Shown here: positions 1 to 13,300 of the stretch, piece by piece | Position numbering within the stretch: the stretch's first letter is position 1 | Layout: every line of letters begins with the position of its first letter | Assembly (NCBI RefSeq): GCF_009834535.1 | Contig: NC_045696.1 | Coordinates: 111,106,001-111,170,000 of the forward strand | Length of the DNA: 64,000 nucleotides | Direction: 5' to 3' | Source of the DNA: Camelus ferus | Lineage: Eukaryota | The notes under the pieces: generated by a model | Told to the model about the DNA's origin: nothing | The model's database searches: none | The model's input: only the letters and a program-made list of their open reading frames with translations | Program-made: the position numbers and the translations under genes

Positions 1-392
1 TCTAGAGGGAAATCTGTTTTCCTGCCTTTTCCAGTTTCTAGAGGCCACCTGGATTATTTGATTCATGTTACCTTCCTTCATCATCAAAGCCAACAGTATA
101 ACATCTTCAGTTTCTCTCTCTCTCTCTCTGACCTTGGCTCCTGTCATCATATCACCTTCTCTTACACTGACCCTACCACTTTTATCTTCTACAGACCCTT
201 GAGTTTATTACATTTGGTCCACACCAATAATGTAGGATAATCTTCCCATCTCAAGATCCTTAACTTAATCACATCTGGAAATTTCCTCTTTTTCTATGTA
301 AGGTCATGTATTCACAGATTCTAGCAATTAGGATGTAGGCATCTTGGACACCTTCAGTGGCAGGGGGGGCGGCTTATTCTTTCAACCACACA
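1..392 (-). mobile_element. MaLR solo LTR, MLT1C/D-like (cut by window edge)
   Basis: Diagnostic ggataatcttcccatctcaagatccttaacttaatcacatct...aaggtcatgtattcacag. Confidence 0.85.
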
Positions 393-669
393 GAGGAAAC
401 AGTTTGCAGTGAATATACAGCAGTCTTCACTACAGGTGAATGAATGAATTAACTATGAGAAGAGAACAAGCATTCCCCTGGGTAGACAGGAAGATCATCT
501 TTGACTTTCTCCAGCACAGCCCAGTTCCCTAGCAAAGGGATTTATTTAGGTTTAAACAAGAGCTACAGTCTGTAGAATTCAAACAAGAATGAAATATGGT
601 TCCAATTTAGAAGAAATGGGACAAATGTCCAACTCCTAGAACAACAAGAGGGTGTTTTTCTTATTTATT

Positions 670-739
670 TCCTTCCTTCCTTCCTTCCTTCCTCCCTCCC
701 TCCCTCCCTCCCTTCCTTCTTTGTTCTTTTTTTTTTTTT
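670..739. repeat. (CCTT)n(CCCT)n microsatellite and poly-T
   Basis: Direct reading. Confidence 0.9.
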
Positions 740-2219
740 GTTTTCGCAAGAATAGGCAGGAGCTAATTGCTAGAATGACCTTTGGCTGGCTCTCATGTCT
801 AAAATAAGGTGTCTTTGCCAATTAAATTTCTTCCAAGATTCAAACTATGATTTATATATGGTGCCTTAAGATCGTAGACATGAAAAACTCTGGCAGAAAG
901 TCCCCAAAAGGGCAACCTACGGTTAACACTGTTAATTTTATAAATCACGATGTTAAAATATTTGTATTTGTAAATTGGGAAATTTTCCTAACATGAATTG
1001 AAATATCCTTATTAACTTTTGGCAGGACACTGCTGTGCCTCAGTTGAAGAAAACAGATTTAGAAGAAAGGTCTGGAAATATTAAATAAAAATGGACTTTA
1101 CAAAAAAAAGACTATGTGGCTACATAAACTTTGCATACATAGAATATTAAATTGACCACAATCACAGAAAAAAGAATTCTATTTCTCTATCAACTTCACA
1201 TTAGAGATCTTACATGTAACTAATTTTAAAACAATAACACCTCCTTTTACCTTTTCCAAATATGTTGTGAAATCTGAATTCCATGGTTCTTTTTCATCCT
1301 CATTCAAGTGTCATGATGGAGTACTCTTGGTGGAGGTTGTTAGTCACTGACAACAGAATCCACTATAGCTATTAATCAGAAGGAGCTTTGATTTGGTACA
1401 AGCAGTTCATGGAGATCGAGGCTTGGATGCTATGCAGGGAAGAGCAGTGCAGCCAGATGGAGCAAAGCTCTCCACTAGAAACATTCCTACTGACACCACC
1501 TACCAGTCAGCGCTACAATGCCGAGGCCTAGACCTTAGAACGTACCCTGTGGTTCAGAATAGCCATAGCCCTGCTTGCCAAAAACTAGATCTTCTCAACG
1601 TAGGGCACTGCTTCGATTTTCTCCCTTCCCTTCCAAGACACGTGGGATAGTGCCTGTGCAGTGAAATTTAGTTCACATATGGATTTCTAACTTTATAACA
1701 GGTTTAAAATATAATTTTTAATGTGACAATTTCCATACCTCAGAAAGGTAAGCTAGAATCTGTTGAAGCCAACAATCTATAGCACATATCATAAACATTA
1801 GGCTTCTTTCTTTGGAGTTTTTCCCCCTACATGCACATGTAGGGGCATGTATCTAGTCCTGGGTGCTTTTGTCAACATAGAAGGTCAATAATTAAAGCTA
1901 CATGGACTGTGGGCGTCCTTGACCTCTGCCAGATGCACAGTGATTCTGTGGCATCTCTGTGAAACTGAGAAACTTACTACTGTCCCGTGCGGGGGAAGTC
2001 TATTTTAGGTTCAGTGCAGCATTATGTTTATCTCAGGCCTGAGTTTCAGAAATCAGGAGTTTGGTCTATGTGTCATCATGTGATAGAGTGCAGCAACCCA
2101 TGGCAGCACATATTTGGAGTCTGGGTGTGTTCTTTTCCTCTCTGATCTCATTGTTGCCGATGAGGACATGAATCCAGCATGACACCTGTCAGGAGGAATG
2201 GAGGAAAAAAAATCATATT

Positions 2220-2620
2220 AAAACATTTATTGAACACTTGTACAATTACAAAGCACTTCTTCCTACATAGTAGGAGTCTTGGAAGTCAGACAATTAGAAG
2301 GAAAAGGAGACATGATCATCTTCGTTTTAAAGACAGAGAAATGTAGGCTTCCATTGAGTTGCCCAAGTTCATAGGGCTAGTAAAAAGCAAAACTAAAACC
2401 ATAATCTACATCTTCTTATTACAAGCCTAGTATGCTTTGGACCACATATATCTGTATCATACGGAAAGGAAGGACTAACACCTGAAATGATCGTTTGTAA
2501 TATTCTGTGAGCTAGGTCCCATCTCACACACTCTTCACTTGTTACTCCACATTTCCTCAAGACAACCCCTAGAGTAGGTGTTATTACAGATAAGGACACA
2601 GACTCAGAAGCAGCCCATGG
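2220..2620 (-). mobile_element. Two degraded MIR SINE fragments
   Basis: ttgcccaagttcatagggctagtaa and acaacccctagagtaggtgttattacagataaggacacagactcaga. Confidence 0.6.
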
Positions 2621-3014
2621 ATGATAAATTCCAGAGTCTGTGGAGGAAGGGGATGTGCTGTGCCTATCAGACTCAGGACCCAGTCCTTAGAAGACGTCTC
2701 ATAGATAACTCCTTTCTTTGCTAAAATTTCCTGCCCCACTGATTTCTGGAAACTGGCATCATTTTCACAAGGGGTGTGGGGAGCAGAGTTACGATGTGGC
2801 CTTTCCCTTCTGGGCTAGTTCACTCTACTCGCAAGTCAGGTCCAACGTTCTCGTCAGTGTCCCTGCTACTGGTCAAGTATGTCACTAAGTTGCTTGATTT
2901 TAAGAGTGGGAGGGTGAGCTAGGACTTACCATTTGGGAATAGTATAGTTAAAATATGCCTGGCATCTGTCTATCCCCCAACAGCTCAGCTTCAGGCATTC
3001 TTCAGTGCATTATA

Positions 3015-3535
3015 GATTTACCGCTTGACCCAATTCCTCCTACACAAAACCTAAAGGTGTTCATGGCAGTGTTATTCACAATAGCCAAAAAGTAGAAACA
3101 CCCCAAATGCCATCAAGTGATGAATAGACCAACAAAATGTGGTCTATCCATACAATAGAATATTACTCGGTCATAAAAGGAACAAAGTACTGACATATGC
3201 TACCAATGGATGAAACATGGAAACATGATGCCCTATGAAGGAAGCCAGACACCAAGGACCACATATTGTGTGATTCCATTTATATGAAATGTCCAAAGAT
3301 AGAAACCCATAAAGACAGAATGTGGTTTAGTAGTTGCCATAGGTTAGTGCAAGGGGGAAATTGAGAATAACTGCGAATGGATATGGGGCTTATTTCGGGG
3401 TGATTAAAATGTTCGAATTAGATAGTGGTGATAAATATACAACTCTGTGAATGTATTAAAAACCATTGAATTCTAGCATTCAGAAAGATAAACTTTATGG
3501 GATGTAATTATATCTCAATAAAGCTGTTATTAAAG
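3015..3535 (+). mobile_element. L1MB-type LINE-1 3' end
   Basis: ttattcacaatagccaaaaagtagaaac...tgtgtgattccatttatatgaaatgtcc...tatatctcaataaagctgtt. Confidence 0.9.
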
Positions 3536-4634
3536 AAATAAAAATAAATGCTGCATACCAAAAAAATTCAGTTGCTTAACCATACAGAATTCATCAAGCA
3601 TGTGGCTGTAGCCCTCTAGTAGCATACAGAAGCTTTTCATCATCACATCGGATAAATGGAATTCCTTCCAGGGAAACCCACGTTTTAAGTCTTAGGAGAG
3701 TGAAGTAAAAATAAATTCTTGAAAAACTATGCTTTGGAAAAATAGACCTGTGGATTTCTTTCAATATGTTTTGATTTAATTAAAATGGATGCCTTCAGGA
3801 TTTTTCAAGCTTTAGGTCATTTGTTCATTCAAAATATATTAATGGAGTGGCTGCTATGGGCAGGATGCAGAGTTGAGCAGCCCTTGTCAGAGAAGAGCCC
3901 TTTCGGAGAAGGGTGAGACAAAGATCATGTTAGGACCTCATAAGGAAGACAGCAGGTGCCCAGATACTCCTGAAGTTTAGTCCTGGGTCTATTGCTTGGC
4001 TGTGATTTTTTGCTTTGGCAATGGCAAAAGTTGCTAACTGAACTTTTTCTCGCTGACCCCGAGGACTGCCTTGGAAATCTTTACAGCATCCTGCTCCAGA
4101 TGGAACTTATCAATCACCAAGCACAAAAGCTGAAGCTTATCTGAGGGCCAGATTCATCAAATCCTGTCATCAGATTCAGTAAAGTGGAGACACATTCATA
4201 ATTTTAGGGCTGGACAGTGCTGATTTAGGACTAGAATTTGAATCTCTTGATCTCCGTGCTTTTCCCTGGGAAATGTTAAATATTAATAAATAAAAAGTGA
4301 ATGGTAGTGATACAGGACTTTAGAAGAGGAAAGACAAATGTGGGCCTGGAGATTGAGAAGTTGTCATGAATGGTACAGGGCTTGGAAAAAATGAGAGACA
4401 GAGAGAAAGCCACGCCAGGACTCAGCAAATGCATGAAAAAAGGACTGAGAACAATGGCAGGATTTGGGGGATACATGTATATAGGCACCTAGGAAATAAA
4501 CCACCAGGTGTATCAGTAGACTCCCCTATCCTTCAGAAATGTACTTGCTAACTACTGGTTTCGAAAATCAGCAATTTTAAGCTTTGTGCATCTCCACTTG
4601 ATAAATAAATAACCCCGGGAGAAGCAACACATTG

Positions 4635-4760
4635 AATTCTTTCATTTTACAAGCATTTATTGAGCACTTATAAAGTGCCAAGCTCTGGGCTGGCTTGGGC
4701 ACTCAATGAAGGGAAAAAAAGGCTTCGTTCCTGGTAGGGACTTACGGGGGAGACCAACAG
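4635..4760 (-). mobile_element. L2 3' end fragment
   Basis: aagcatttattgagcactta...gtgccaagctctgggct. Confidence 0.6.
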
Positions 4761-6999
4761 TCATGTGAACCTCAGGGTGAGTGTGCTCATCTCTCGCCTT
4801 CTTTAGCATGAATGGATTGTGTGTTGGGTGTGGGTGGAGGGAAGGACATGAATATAAGTTGGGGTCAGGCTGTTGAGGGCATATCAAGCCAAGATGATAA
4901 ATTTGAAGGAAGACAGGGCTTGTGATAAGGGTCTCCATGACATCTGCTAAGGGAGGAGCCTCCAGAATGATCTTGCTCGAGTCTCTGTTTTCCATGAGGG
5001 AGCTACTTGACAGAGAAGGCAATGGCTGTCCAAGGCCACACTGCTAACTAGTAGCTGTAAGTAGGACTCAGGTCCTCTGATTCCTGGGCTGGCTGATGCT
5101 ACACCCTCCACATTACTTCCTGAACGTCTGATGGGCTGGTGCTAGGCATACAGTGAGGAGAAATGTGTCCTAGACGTTGCTGGACCATGGCCGCTCGCCA
5201 TCAGTGCCAGCTTGCATTATTTGCTTTCTTTGTTTCATCAGAGCCAACACTGACTACAGCCACCTGGACTGACAAGTGAGTGAGCTGCTAAGGGACTGTC
5301 ACCACCACTGCGTGGCCCCTCAAACTCGACCTGCCATTTGCCTCAGAGAACTGTTCGGTGGGCAGCGTGCTGGGCCGGAGCTTGAAGTGATCCCGCGGGA
5401 GACGCGTGATGACACTGTTTGTCGTTAATATCAAGAAGCTGCTCCCTCCTGGGGGCGGGGAGATGTTGCTCAGCACAGCGGTGCTGCCTTTTGGTGAGAG
5501 GGCGGTTCTCGGGGCCTCAGTCATTTCCGCTTGTCTTAAGGAAGACTTCTGTGGTCTGCAGAATGTGAGGTTCTTTTCATTTCACCTGGGGCTCTGGTCC
5601 CATGGATCACCCCCTTGAGAGGTGTATCTACTTCAGGAGAATGAATTAAAAACAGAATTTAGTGAAATCCCCACCTGAGACCTTCAGGAAAAATTGATAA
5701 ATAGAAATGAGACACAAGCATCTAATTAAAATAATTCAACCCAATTACAAATTTCCTCCCTGAAAGAGAAGAATCCATTTTAAAGCAGTAGATGAATACT
5801 GATGTATAATTTGTGACCTAAGTATGTGTTAGCTTCAGTGAACTGAGTGTTAGAAGACCATGAGTGAAGTCCAAATGGAAAGGATTACACTGTAATCTTT
5901 CAGAACACCTGTCAGTGGCCAGAAGATGCAGGAACGGTGACAAAAGACTCAATATGAATGGGGCAACTATGGAGTAGGGAGCTGAAAACAGAGGGTGGCT
6001 TGCTTTTAACTCTGTAGTCATATGGAACCCAGATGTCACCCAGGCCCCATCTTTAAATGGATGGCACCCCTTTTATCCCTTCACAATAAAAATGTCTCAG
6101 TAAGGCTTCCCTCAACTTTATTCCTTTTTTTAGAATTAACCTTTATTCAGAGCCTAGTTTGAGCCAGGCTCTGAGGTCGGCACTGGGGATATAAGAATAA
6201 GAGTCGGATTTTTATAGGATTAATAGAAATTCCTGAGGAGAAAGCGAGGGGATATCTCAAAGTGGCAGGATCAATGCGTTTAGTCCTTTACAGTCATGAC
6301 TTTCGCTTGGTCCAGAAGACAACTATTCTGTCTTGCAAAGTTTCTTTCAATAATTCAGAAACGTATTTGATTATGGAGGTGCCTTCTGGAGGGAGAGTGT
6401 GTTTTAATCTTTCTCCCAAAGATGCTTGCCTTGTAAAAGCCATGTCTCTCTGTCCATTAGGAAAGGGTTTTTAACCATTAGGTGCAGGTTTCAAGGTACT
6501 TGTGTCAAAGCACTGGGACCATTTAATATCCTCTTTCAATCACATGACTTATAGAAACTGGTCACCTTTCCTCTGGCTGTGGGTCTGGGAAGCAAATGCT
6601 TGTAGATTCTTGAATAGTTTTTACATGTTTTAAGAACCAAACCTACCAGTAAAAAGTTTGGCTTGGTTTGCTGTTTCATACATTTTGGGGCACAATTCAT
6701 ATATTTTCCTCTGTTTCCTGTTTGGTATTTAAGGTTTTTGAAACCAGTATGTTTATCTAGAATTCAAGCCAGCACAAAGCTCGAAAAGAAAATATTGTGT
6801 TTTTGTATCTAAAAATCAAGTACACTGATGGCCATGAGGACTTAGATTGTTTTTAAATAAATATCATTTCAAAAATTCTCAGGCGCATTTTCAGTAAACA
6901 GTATACGCCGTTTCTAACACTTGGATAAAAGATTTTTACCTTAAAAACACATTAATTTACTTCTTAGTTAAGTACTATAAAGAATTTTGGGAGAGGGGT

Positions 7000-7535
7000 T
7001 TCCCCAAACATCCATTGCCCCTTTTGTCTACCATAGTTACCCTAACTTCTTTTGGAATTCACCCATTCCATATTATGGGGAATGTGGCCCGGATAGATTT
7101 GATTATTCCAGACTCCAGAAGGAGGGTTCTGATTGGCCTGTGCTCAACAGCACATCTCATTTCACTACTCACACTTGACTGGCTCAGGGACCGGATGAAA
7201 GACTGAAACAGTCAAGGAGACTATCGCTGGGGATTCTGGATACAGGGGCTTTTTTTTCTATTTCCTGAGAGGTGTTCTTTCTTTTTCAGAATACTATGTG
7301 TTAGTGTAGGAGGCTGCGGAGTTGCTGCACTCAGTCGATGCCACAGCTGGAATGGAAGCTGTACCACGAAAGGCAGAGCGAAGAGACAAGGAAGCCGGGC
7401 GTTTGAAGACCAGATCAAGCTTCACCTGCAGCCAGATCTATTTGTAGATTGTTCAGATTTTCTTTATTTACACCAATTTGAGTTGCATTTTTCACTATTT
7501 ACCGCATTAAAAAAAAAAAAAGCCTAATTCATGCC
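7000..7535 (+). mobile_element. Old MaLR LTR, MLT1J/K-like
   Basis: 3' end ccaatttgagttgcatttttcac...cctaattcatgc and internal ggagttgctgca...gccagatct. Confidence 0.55.
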
Positions 7536-10500
7536 AGTGTCTCCTATATACTTAGTATGTGGTCACAGAGATAGATGTAACATGGTCTTTAACTTCAAAT
7601 AGTGAGCCACTAGTTGAAGGGGAGAGAAAAAAAAAGGTGGAGTGATGCTTACAGTACAAGGCTGTAAGTGCTGGTGTAGAATTAATGTGTAATAGTTAGA
7701 AATACCCGGTTAATGTATTTATTTGGCCAGAATAATTTCTTCCTATATGGTTCTGTAAAGCAGAGAGACTGGCTGTATCTTGACCCTGAACTGAGCTATG
7801 TAGCTCTTGGCTGAATTGATGACAAATGCCAGGTTCCATCTTGACGAGTCTCCCTGGAGCTGACCACTTGTTTTTCCTGGTGGATGACTCCAGTCGAGTT
7901 ACAGCAATCTCCATCCTTTGGATACCCGGTCATTCTCCCAGAAGAATGCTGTAGGATTCTAGAAACCTCTCAAATGAAAGCAATTTGTTCTTGAGAGGAC
8001 ATATTTCTACAAGATTATCACAATTGCTGTAGATTTTTTTTTTCTTTAGAAAGGAAGTGGATCAATCTTTGTCCTCCTTAAACTTTTAAAGTGATAGAAA
8101 AAAAATCATCTACAAGCAGAGCTGTCAACTGAAACTTCCACAGATAAAAATAGAAACCTACCCGACAGTCACCAGCTCCCTTTCTCCCCCTTCGTCTCCA
8201 GATCCAAAGAGGCTGAGAAGCCTGGAAGCTGTCTTATAACCCAGACGCACGTTCCATTGCAAAAGAGGTAGGATTGCGTAGAAAGAATCTGTCTCTTTGA
8301 AAATTCATGAAAAAAAGATACTTCTGTAGAAATTTCACTTGGACTATATGCTAGGTTGGCTCTGCACTGGGAAGCAAAGGGAGTAAAGGAAGGAAAGGCT
8401 GATGGAACAGAAAGTGAAGAATAAGAACGGAAAACAAAAAAGAAATGATAAGGACAAAGAAGGGAAGTAGGAGTGTAAATAATTATAGGGATATGAAAAA
8501 TTTTCAAATTGCACGTACCTGTTATTTTTGCGACACCTTCCTTGATTGCAACACGATACCTTGATCTTATTTTTTAATGCAACAACATTTTAAACAGGAT
8601 AAAAACCACTTTAAATCATGTAGCGTGCTAGGTGTCTTCACAGAAGGCTTGCTTTTTGAGGAAGAGGCAGCAAAACATTTTGTGGCAAGGAGATGCTTTT
8701 ATGAAAGATTTTCTTCGTGTTGATTGGGGTTTTGCAAGTCTGCCCCTAACAGAAGGATTTGCAATCGGATTATCCAAATCAACTCCTTGAACCAAGGAAT
8801 GGTTTCTTATTTTATCCTGATTTTTTTGTTTTGTATTCTACCTAATGTTTAAACCCAAATCCTAGAAAGTTCAAATAAAGTTTGTTGACTGGTGAGATAG
8901 GGAGAATAAGATCCTAGGACACAAATCTGGGCTCTAGGAAGGATTAAAAAAGGTTGGTGGAATGGGTGAGGGGTTCATTATTAATTCTAGTGAAAATAGT
9001 GCTGTTTCCAGAATAGTTCTAGAAAATTTCAAAGAAAGTAACTTTTTACAAATGGTTCATAGCATCAGTAGAGACCCACATGTAATAATAATGAAAACTT
9101 AATAGGGTATCGTTAGGAAACTAAACCTGTACTTCGCTTGTACAGAATGAGCGAAATGAGAAAATGACAGAAAGGATGTTAAAGTTTAAAGCCCTTTCCC
9201 TTTTTGGATCAGTAAGGGTGCTATTAATAAGACAAGGTATTTTAGAAATATGAGAAACCCTGCTTCCCCTTTCTCACCCAGGCCAGCGCCGAGTGCTGTC
9301 CACTCTGGAGCCCACTGGCTGTGTGTGCGCTCTGGCTATCAGCCCAGGTGGTCTGGTTGAGATTCATCAGGCCTGTGATTAACTAAAGGAGGGGCTCGCT
9401 GCAACTCTACATGATCCATGTCCTGGAAGGAGAGTAGGGAAACCAGTTGGTCATGGAGCTGAAGGCCAGCAGGTAGGCCCAGGGTCTGGGCTAAGGCAAT
9501 GTGCCTGTTTTGCCAGAACCAGTGGGCGTCTTTAAACACATGACTCGTAGCACATAAAGATGCCTGTGAAACTCTTAGGACTTCCCCAGTCTGATCCAAG
9601 TCATTTACCCGAATCCATCTTCCACACATCCTCATTTTCCAGTCTATTGATGCATGGGGGACTGATCATGTTTCCAAGGTGTTATTTTTGCCTCTTGTAT
9701 TTTATTTTTCAACACTCACATTTGTCATAAATCTTACTTTCTATGGTCCTGCCTGCGATCATTTCCTGTCAGTGTGCTCTCAATGTCCAATGGGACATCT
9801 AGCCTCTAAGCCTCTTGTGAACCCCTGTCAATTGTACCCCAGTCTCCAGTTGGGACCTTGAGCACATTCAGACCCCGCCTCCTTTTAGATGTGCAGCTTT
9901 ATAACCAAAAGAGTGTCTGAGAAATTTGAATGCACTTTCAGATTATTCTTTTCATCACAGACAAGACAATGACCATGTAGCCTGTGATGCACTCACGGGT
10001 TTTCAGATTTGGGAGTTCCCTGAGCCTGTCGTCCTGTGCTCCTACCCACGGCTGATATCCTCCCTAGATCCTCCCTGACGAAGTGTCCTCTAGTGCCTGT
10101 GCACGGGCCCTGAGGGACAGGCACTCGCTCTGCACAGCGAGCACTCAGCGTGTGCGCGGCGCTCTCTGAGCAGGGCGCCCCCTCTGGTTCTGCTCTTTTC
10201 TGAGTCGGATCTGCTGCCTAGTAAGTAACACCCACTGGCGCTGGGCCAGCTTTCCAGAGCTTGACAAAATAAACTCCAATCCACTTGTCAATAATCACTC
10301 TTCCCGTATTTGAAAATCATAGCAAAATTTATCCCAGGGTCCCCTGTTTTTCAAACATAGCTGTGTTTGTAGACTTGTTCTAATGACAGCCTCCGAAAGG
10401 CATGTGCTTTGTCAATGTTCCTCTTACGTCATCTGTCCCAGAGATGAATACACACCAGGTGAAAAGAAGAAATGTGCAAAGGTGGTTTTGGTTCAACACT

Positions 10501-11309
10501 GTGCTTATTTCTGCAGCCAATTACCTCAGCTACAACTTTCTCACCGCTAGATTATGCATTGATGAAGGCCAGAGAGCCTGTCTGACTTTCTGTATGCATA
10601 AGGTTTAGCACTGGACATGACCTAGATTTTTTTGAATAATGGAATGAATAAGTGACAGCAACCTTAATTGACTTAATTTGTACTTGCACTCAGATAAAAT
10701 ATGTACATATTTTGTATTCATTACTCCTATCATTTCAGATCTCCCCAATCGCAACTTGTACAGTCAATTTCTTGGACTGAAGGTGTGGAATATTCCATTT
10801 ATTATAATACCGTTTATCATTTTAGATTTGATCTAATGCACTATGTGTCTTTTGGATCCAAATTCTCTAACACTTTTCAAATGGCTGGACAATTGAGAAC
10901 CAGCTACTTTATGATGTCCCTTTTCCCGCTCTCCCGTGGAAGGAAGCGGGAAGTGATGTAGGTTATACTGGAGTGTGTTCCTGGGGAGATTTGACAAATG
11001 CGGAACCTTGGATTGTCTTTTATTTTATTGGCCACATCTCCACTCTTGGGAATCCCACCCTTCCCTTGTGCTTTCTATGTGCACCGACAAACAGAGCCTT
11101 AAAGATGACTTGCAAACTCACGTCTCAGAGTTGTATGGTTGTGCAAAGGGAGAAAGTTGCTCCTTTGGCCACTGCATAACTAGCAAACGTGGTACCTAAT
11201 ACAAAAATGTCACAGGGATGTGGACCACAAAATTGTGAGCACATTTTATCTCCTGTGAGCAGGGAATTTAGACTTGGTTATGAAAGAATGTGATATTATG
11301 AGGGTGCAC

Positions 11310-11410
11310 GATTTCTTTCTCCAGTTTTATTGAGATATAATTGACGTATAACTTTGTAATAGAGTGTGCAACTTAATGATTTTATAATGTATATGTTGCA
11401 AAATGATGAG
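11310..11410 (-). mobile_element. LINE-1 3' tail fragment
   Basis: ccagttttattgagatataattgac...tgcaaaatgat. Confidence 0.7.
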
Positions 11411-11544
11411 TTTCTGGTTTTTCTTCTCTCTCTCTCTCCTTCCCTCCTTCTGATCATTGGCAAGAGAACTGGGGCTCCTCTGAAATTCCTAAGGCATCTG
11501 CTGACCTATATTTATGTCTCTGGTCACTTTCTGAAGAGAAAATG

Positions 11545-12155
11545 GACTAAAGTCTTGCTACTGCACGTGTCACCCATGGGCCAGCAGCATCGGCATCACC
11601 GAGCTTGTTAGAAAGTTCTCATCCAGACTTATTCAATTTTAGTCTTCATTTTATCAACATCCACTGGTGATTTCTCTGCATATAAAACTAAGAAACATTT
11701 GCAATATAGAAATGGCACTTGAAATAACCCTAGAAAGTAAAGAAATACTGATACATGTGTTCTGACCTATAAAATTCTGATTTAATTCATCTGGACTGTG
11801 ACCTGGGCAGTACAATTAAAAAAAAGAAATTTCACCAGGTGATGCTACTATGCAGCTAAGTTTGAGAATCATTATAGTCAACAGCATAGTTTCTGTAGAT
11901 CTGCATGTTACCACGAGGGGTTCCCCAAACTGCCAAGCTGCTGGAATTGAATCTGTGCTTCCTGGTATCTTCCTGACATGAAAATGTACCATGATCTTGG
12001 CTGCATGTTGGAATCACCAGGGAAGCTTAAAAAAATTCTGATGCCTGGGTTCCACCCATCAAGCTGCTAAGCTAGTTGGTCCAGGCATGAACACCGGGAC
12101 TTTTAAAGTTCCCTGGGGCAATTCTAATGTGCAGCCAAGACTGGGAATCTCCAGA
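11545..12155. mobile_element. Three MER5A/MER5B (hAT-Charlie) DNA transposon relics
   Basis: ccagcagcatcggcatcacc...gcttgttagaaa (11545-11705); ttctgatttaattcatctgg...caggtgatgctactatgcagc (11715-11875); ggctgcatgttggaatcaccagggaagctt...ttctaatgtgcagccaag (11990-12155). Confidence 0.8.
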
Positions 12156-13071
12156 CCAGATTCTAAAGACCACAGAGCTCACATCATGCTGTCCTAGCCG
12201 CTTCTCCCTTCCTTCCTCTTACTCATCTCCATTCCTTGCTAAATTTTTGCAGGGGCTGCCATGACAAACCTGACTGAGGAAACTGCTACAGACTTTGTCT
12301 CCATCTGGAGCAAGCTGAGCGCCCGCTCTTCGAGACCTCGGCTCATGGGACGGGACGTGAGGCACCAGCTGGGTGTGGATTTCCACCGGTTGGTTGACTT
12401 GTTGGTCATCCTACATATTGTGCCCAAATTGGTTTTCTTTATTTTCTCTTTCATGTTGACACCATCAGTTCCATAACCGCAAAACATAACAGGAATAATA
12501 TAACTGAAGGAGAAACCCCTTCTCGCTTCTGATTTCCCTGCTTTTCTGCTCGCAGGCTGGCTCTCTAGCTGTGAGCTGTGGGACAAGGTGGCAGATTGCA
12601 GGGAGTCAACGTCCACATGTTTCCCACCAGGTAGTGGGTCTCAGATGCAAGCTTCTCCCTGCCTGTTGAGTTGTTTGTCCAGGATGCTACGTTGGCCCAT
12701 CAGTGGTCAGGAAGGAAAGGAGCATCTTGCCCAGTCACTAGATTACTCAGAGGGTTTTCAAAGTCCTTAGCTGAAGGAGCTTGGGTGACTACCCCAAAGA
12801 AACAAGTCACTTAGGTAGGAAGATGGAGTTAATGGCAACCCATCCTGTCTCCACTTCCAGGTGATGCCTGCGAGACAGGTCATATCCTGGAAGGAAGTGT
12901 CAAACATGACCTCTTTGTTACTTGTTTGCTTTTATCTTCCTACTTCCTCAACTTTTCTCTCTAAACTTTTCCCACATTTTTTAATCCAAGTTGTTCATTT
13001 TTTTCTTTTCCGAACTACCAGATTCCAACAAATCGTAGCCTCCGTCTGTCTCTTCTAACATCCTATACTTT

Positions 13072-13300
13072 AAAAAAATTTTTTTTTACTAAAGTGTAGC
13101 TGATTTCCAATGTTAGTTTCAGGTGTACAGCAAAGTGATTTAATTATACATATACATACATATATATATATTTTTTTCTTTTCATATTGTTTTCCATTAT
13201 GTTATTATAAGAAATTGCATATGTGCTCTACAGTAGGTCCTTGTTGTTTATTTTGTATATAGTAATATGTGCCTGTTAATCCTCAACCCCTCGTTAATCC
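13072..13300 (-). mobile_element. Short cetartiodactyl-type L1 3' tail with degenerate TSD
   Basis: gttagtttcaggtgtacagcaaagtgatt...cagtaggtccttgttg; flanked by TCCTATACTTT (13061) and TCCTATACATT (13298). Confidence 0.85.

Noticed and set aside
1824..1845. Perfect 10-bp inverted repeat CCCCTACATG-ca-CATGTAGGGG with p53-like CATG cores
   Set aside because: One such stem is plausible by chance in 64 kb, and the p53 half-sites have several mismatches.
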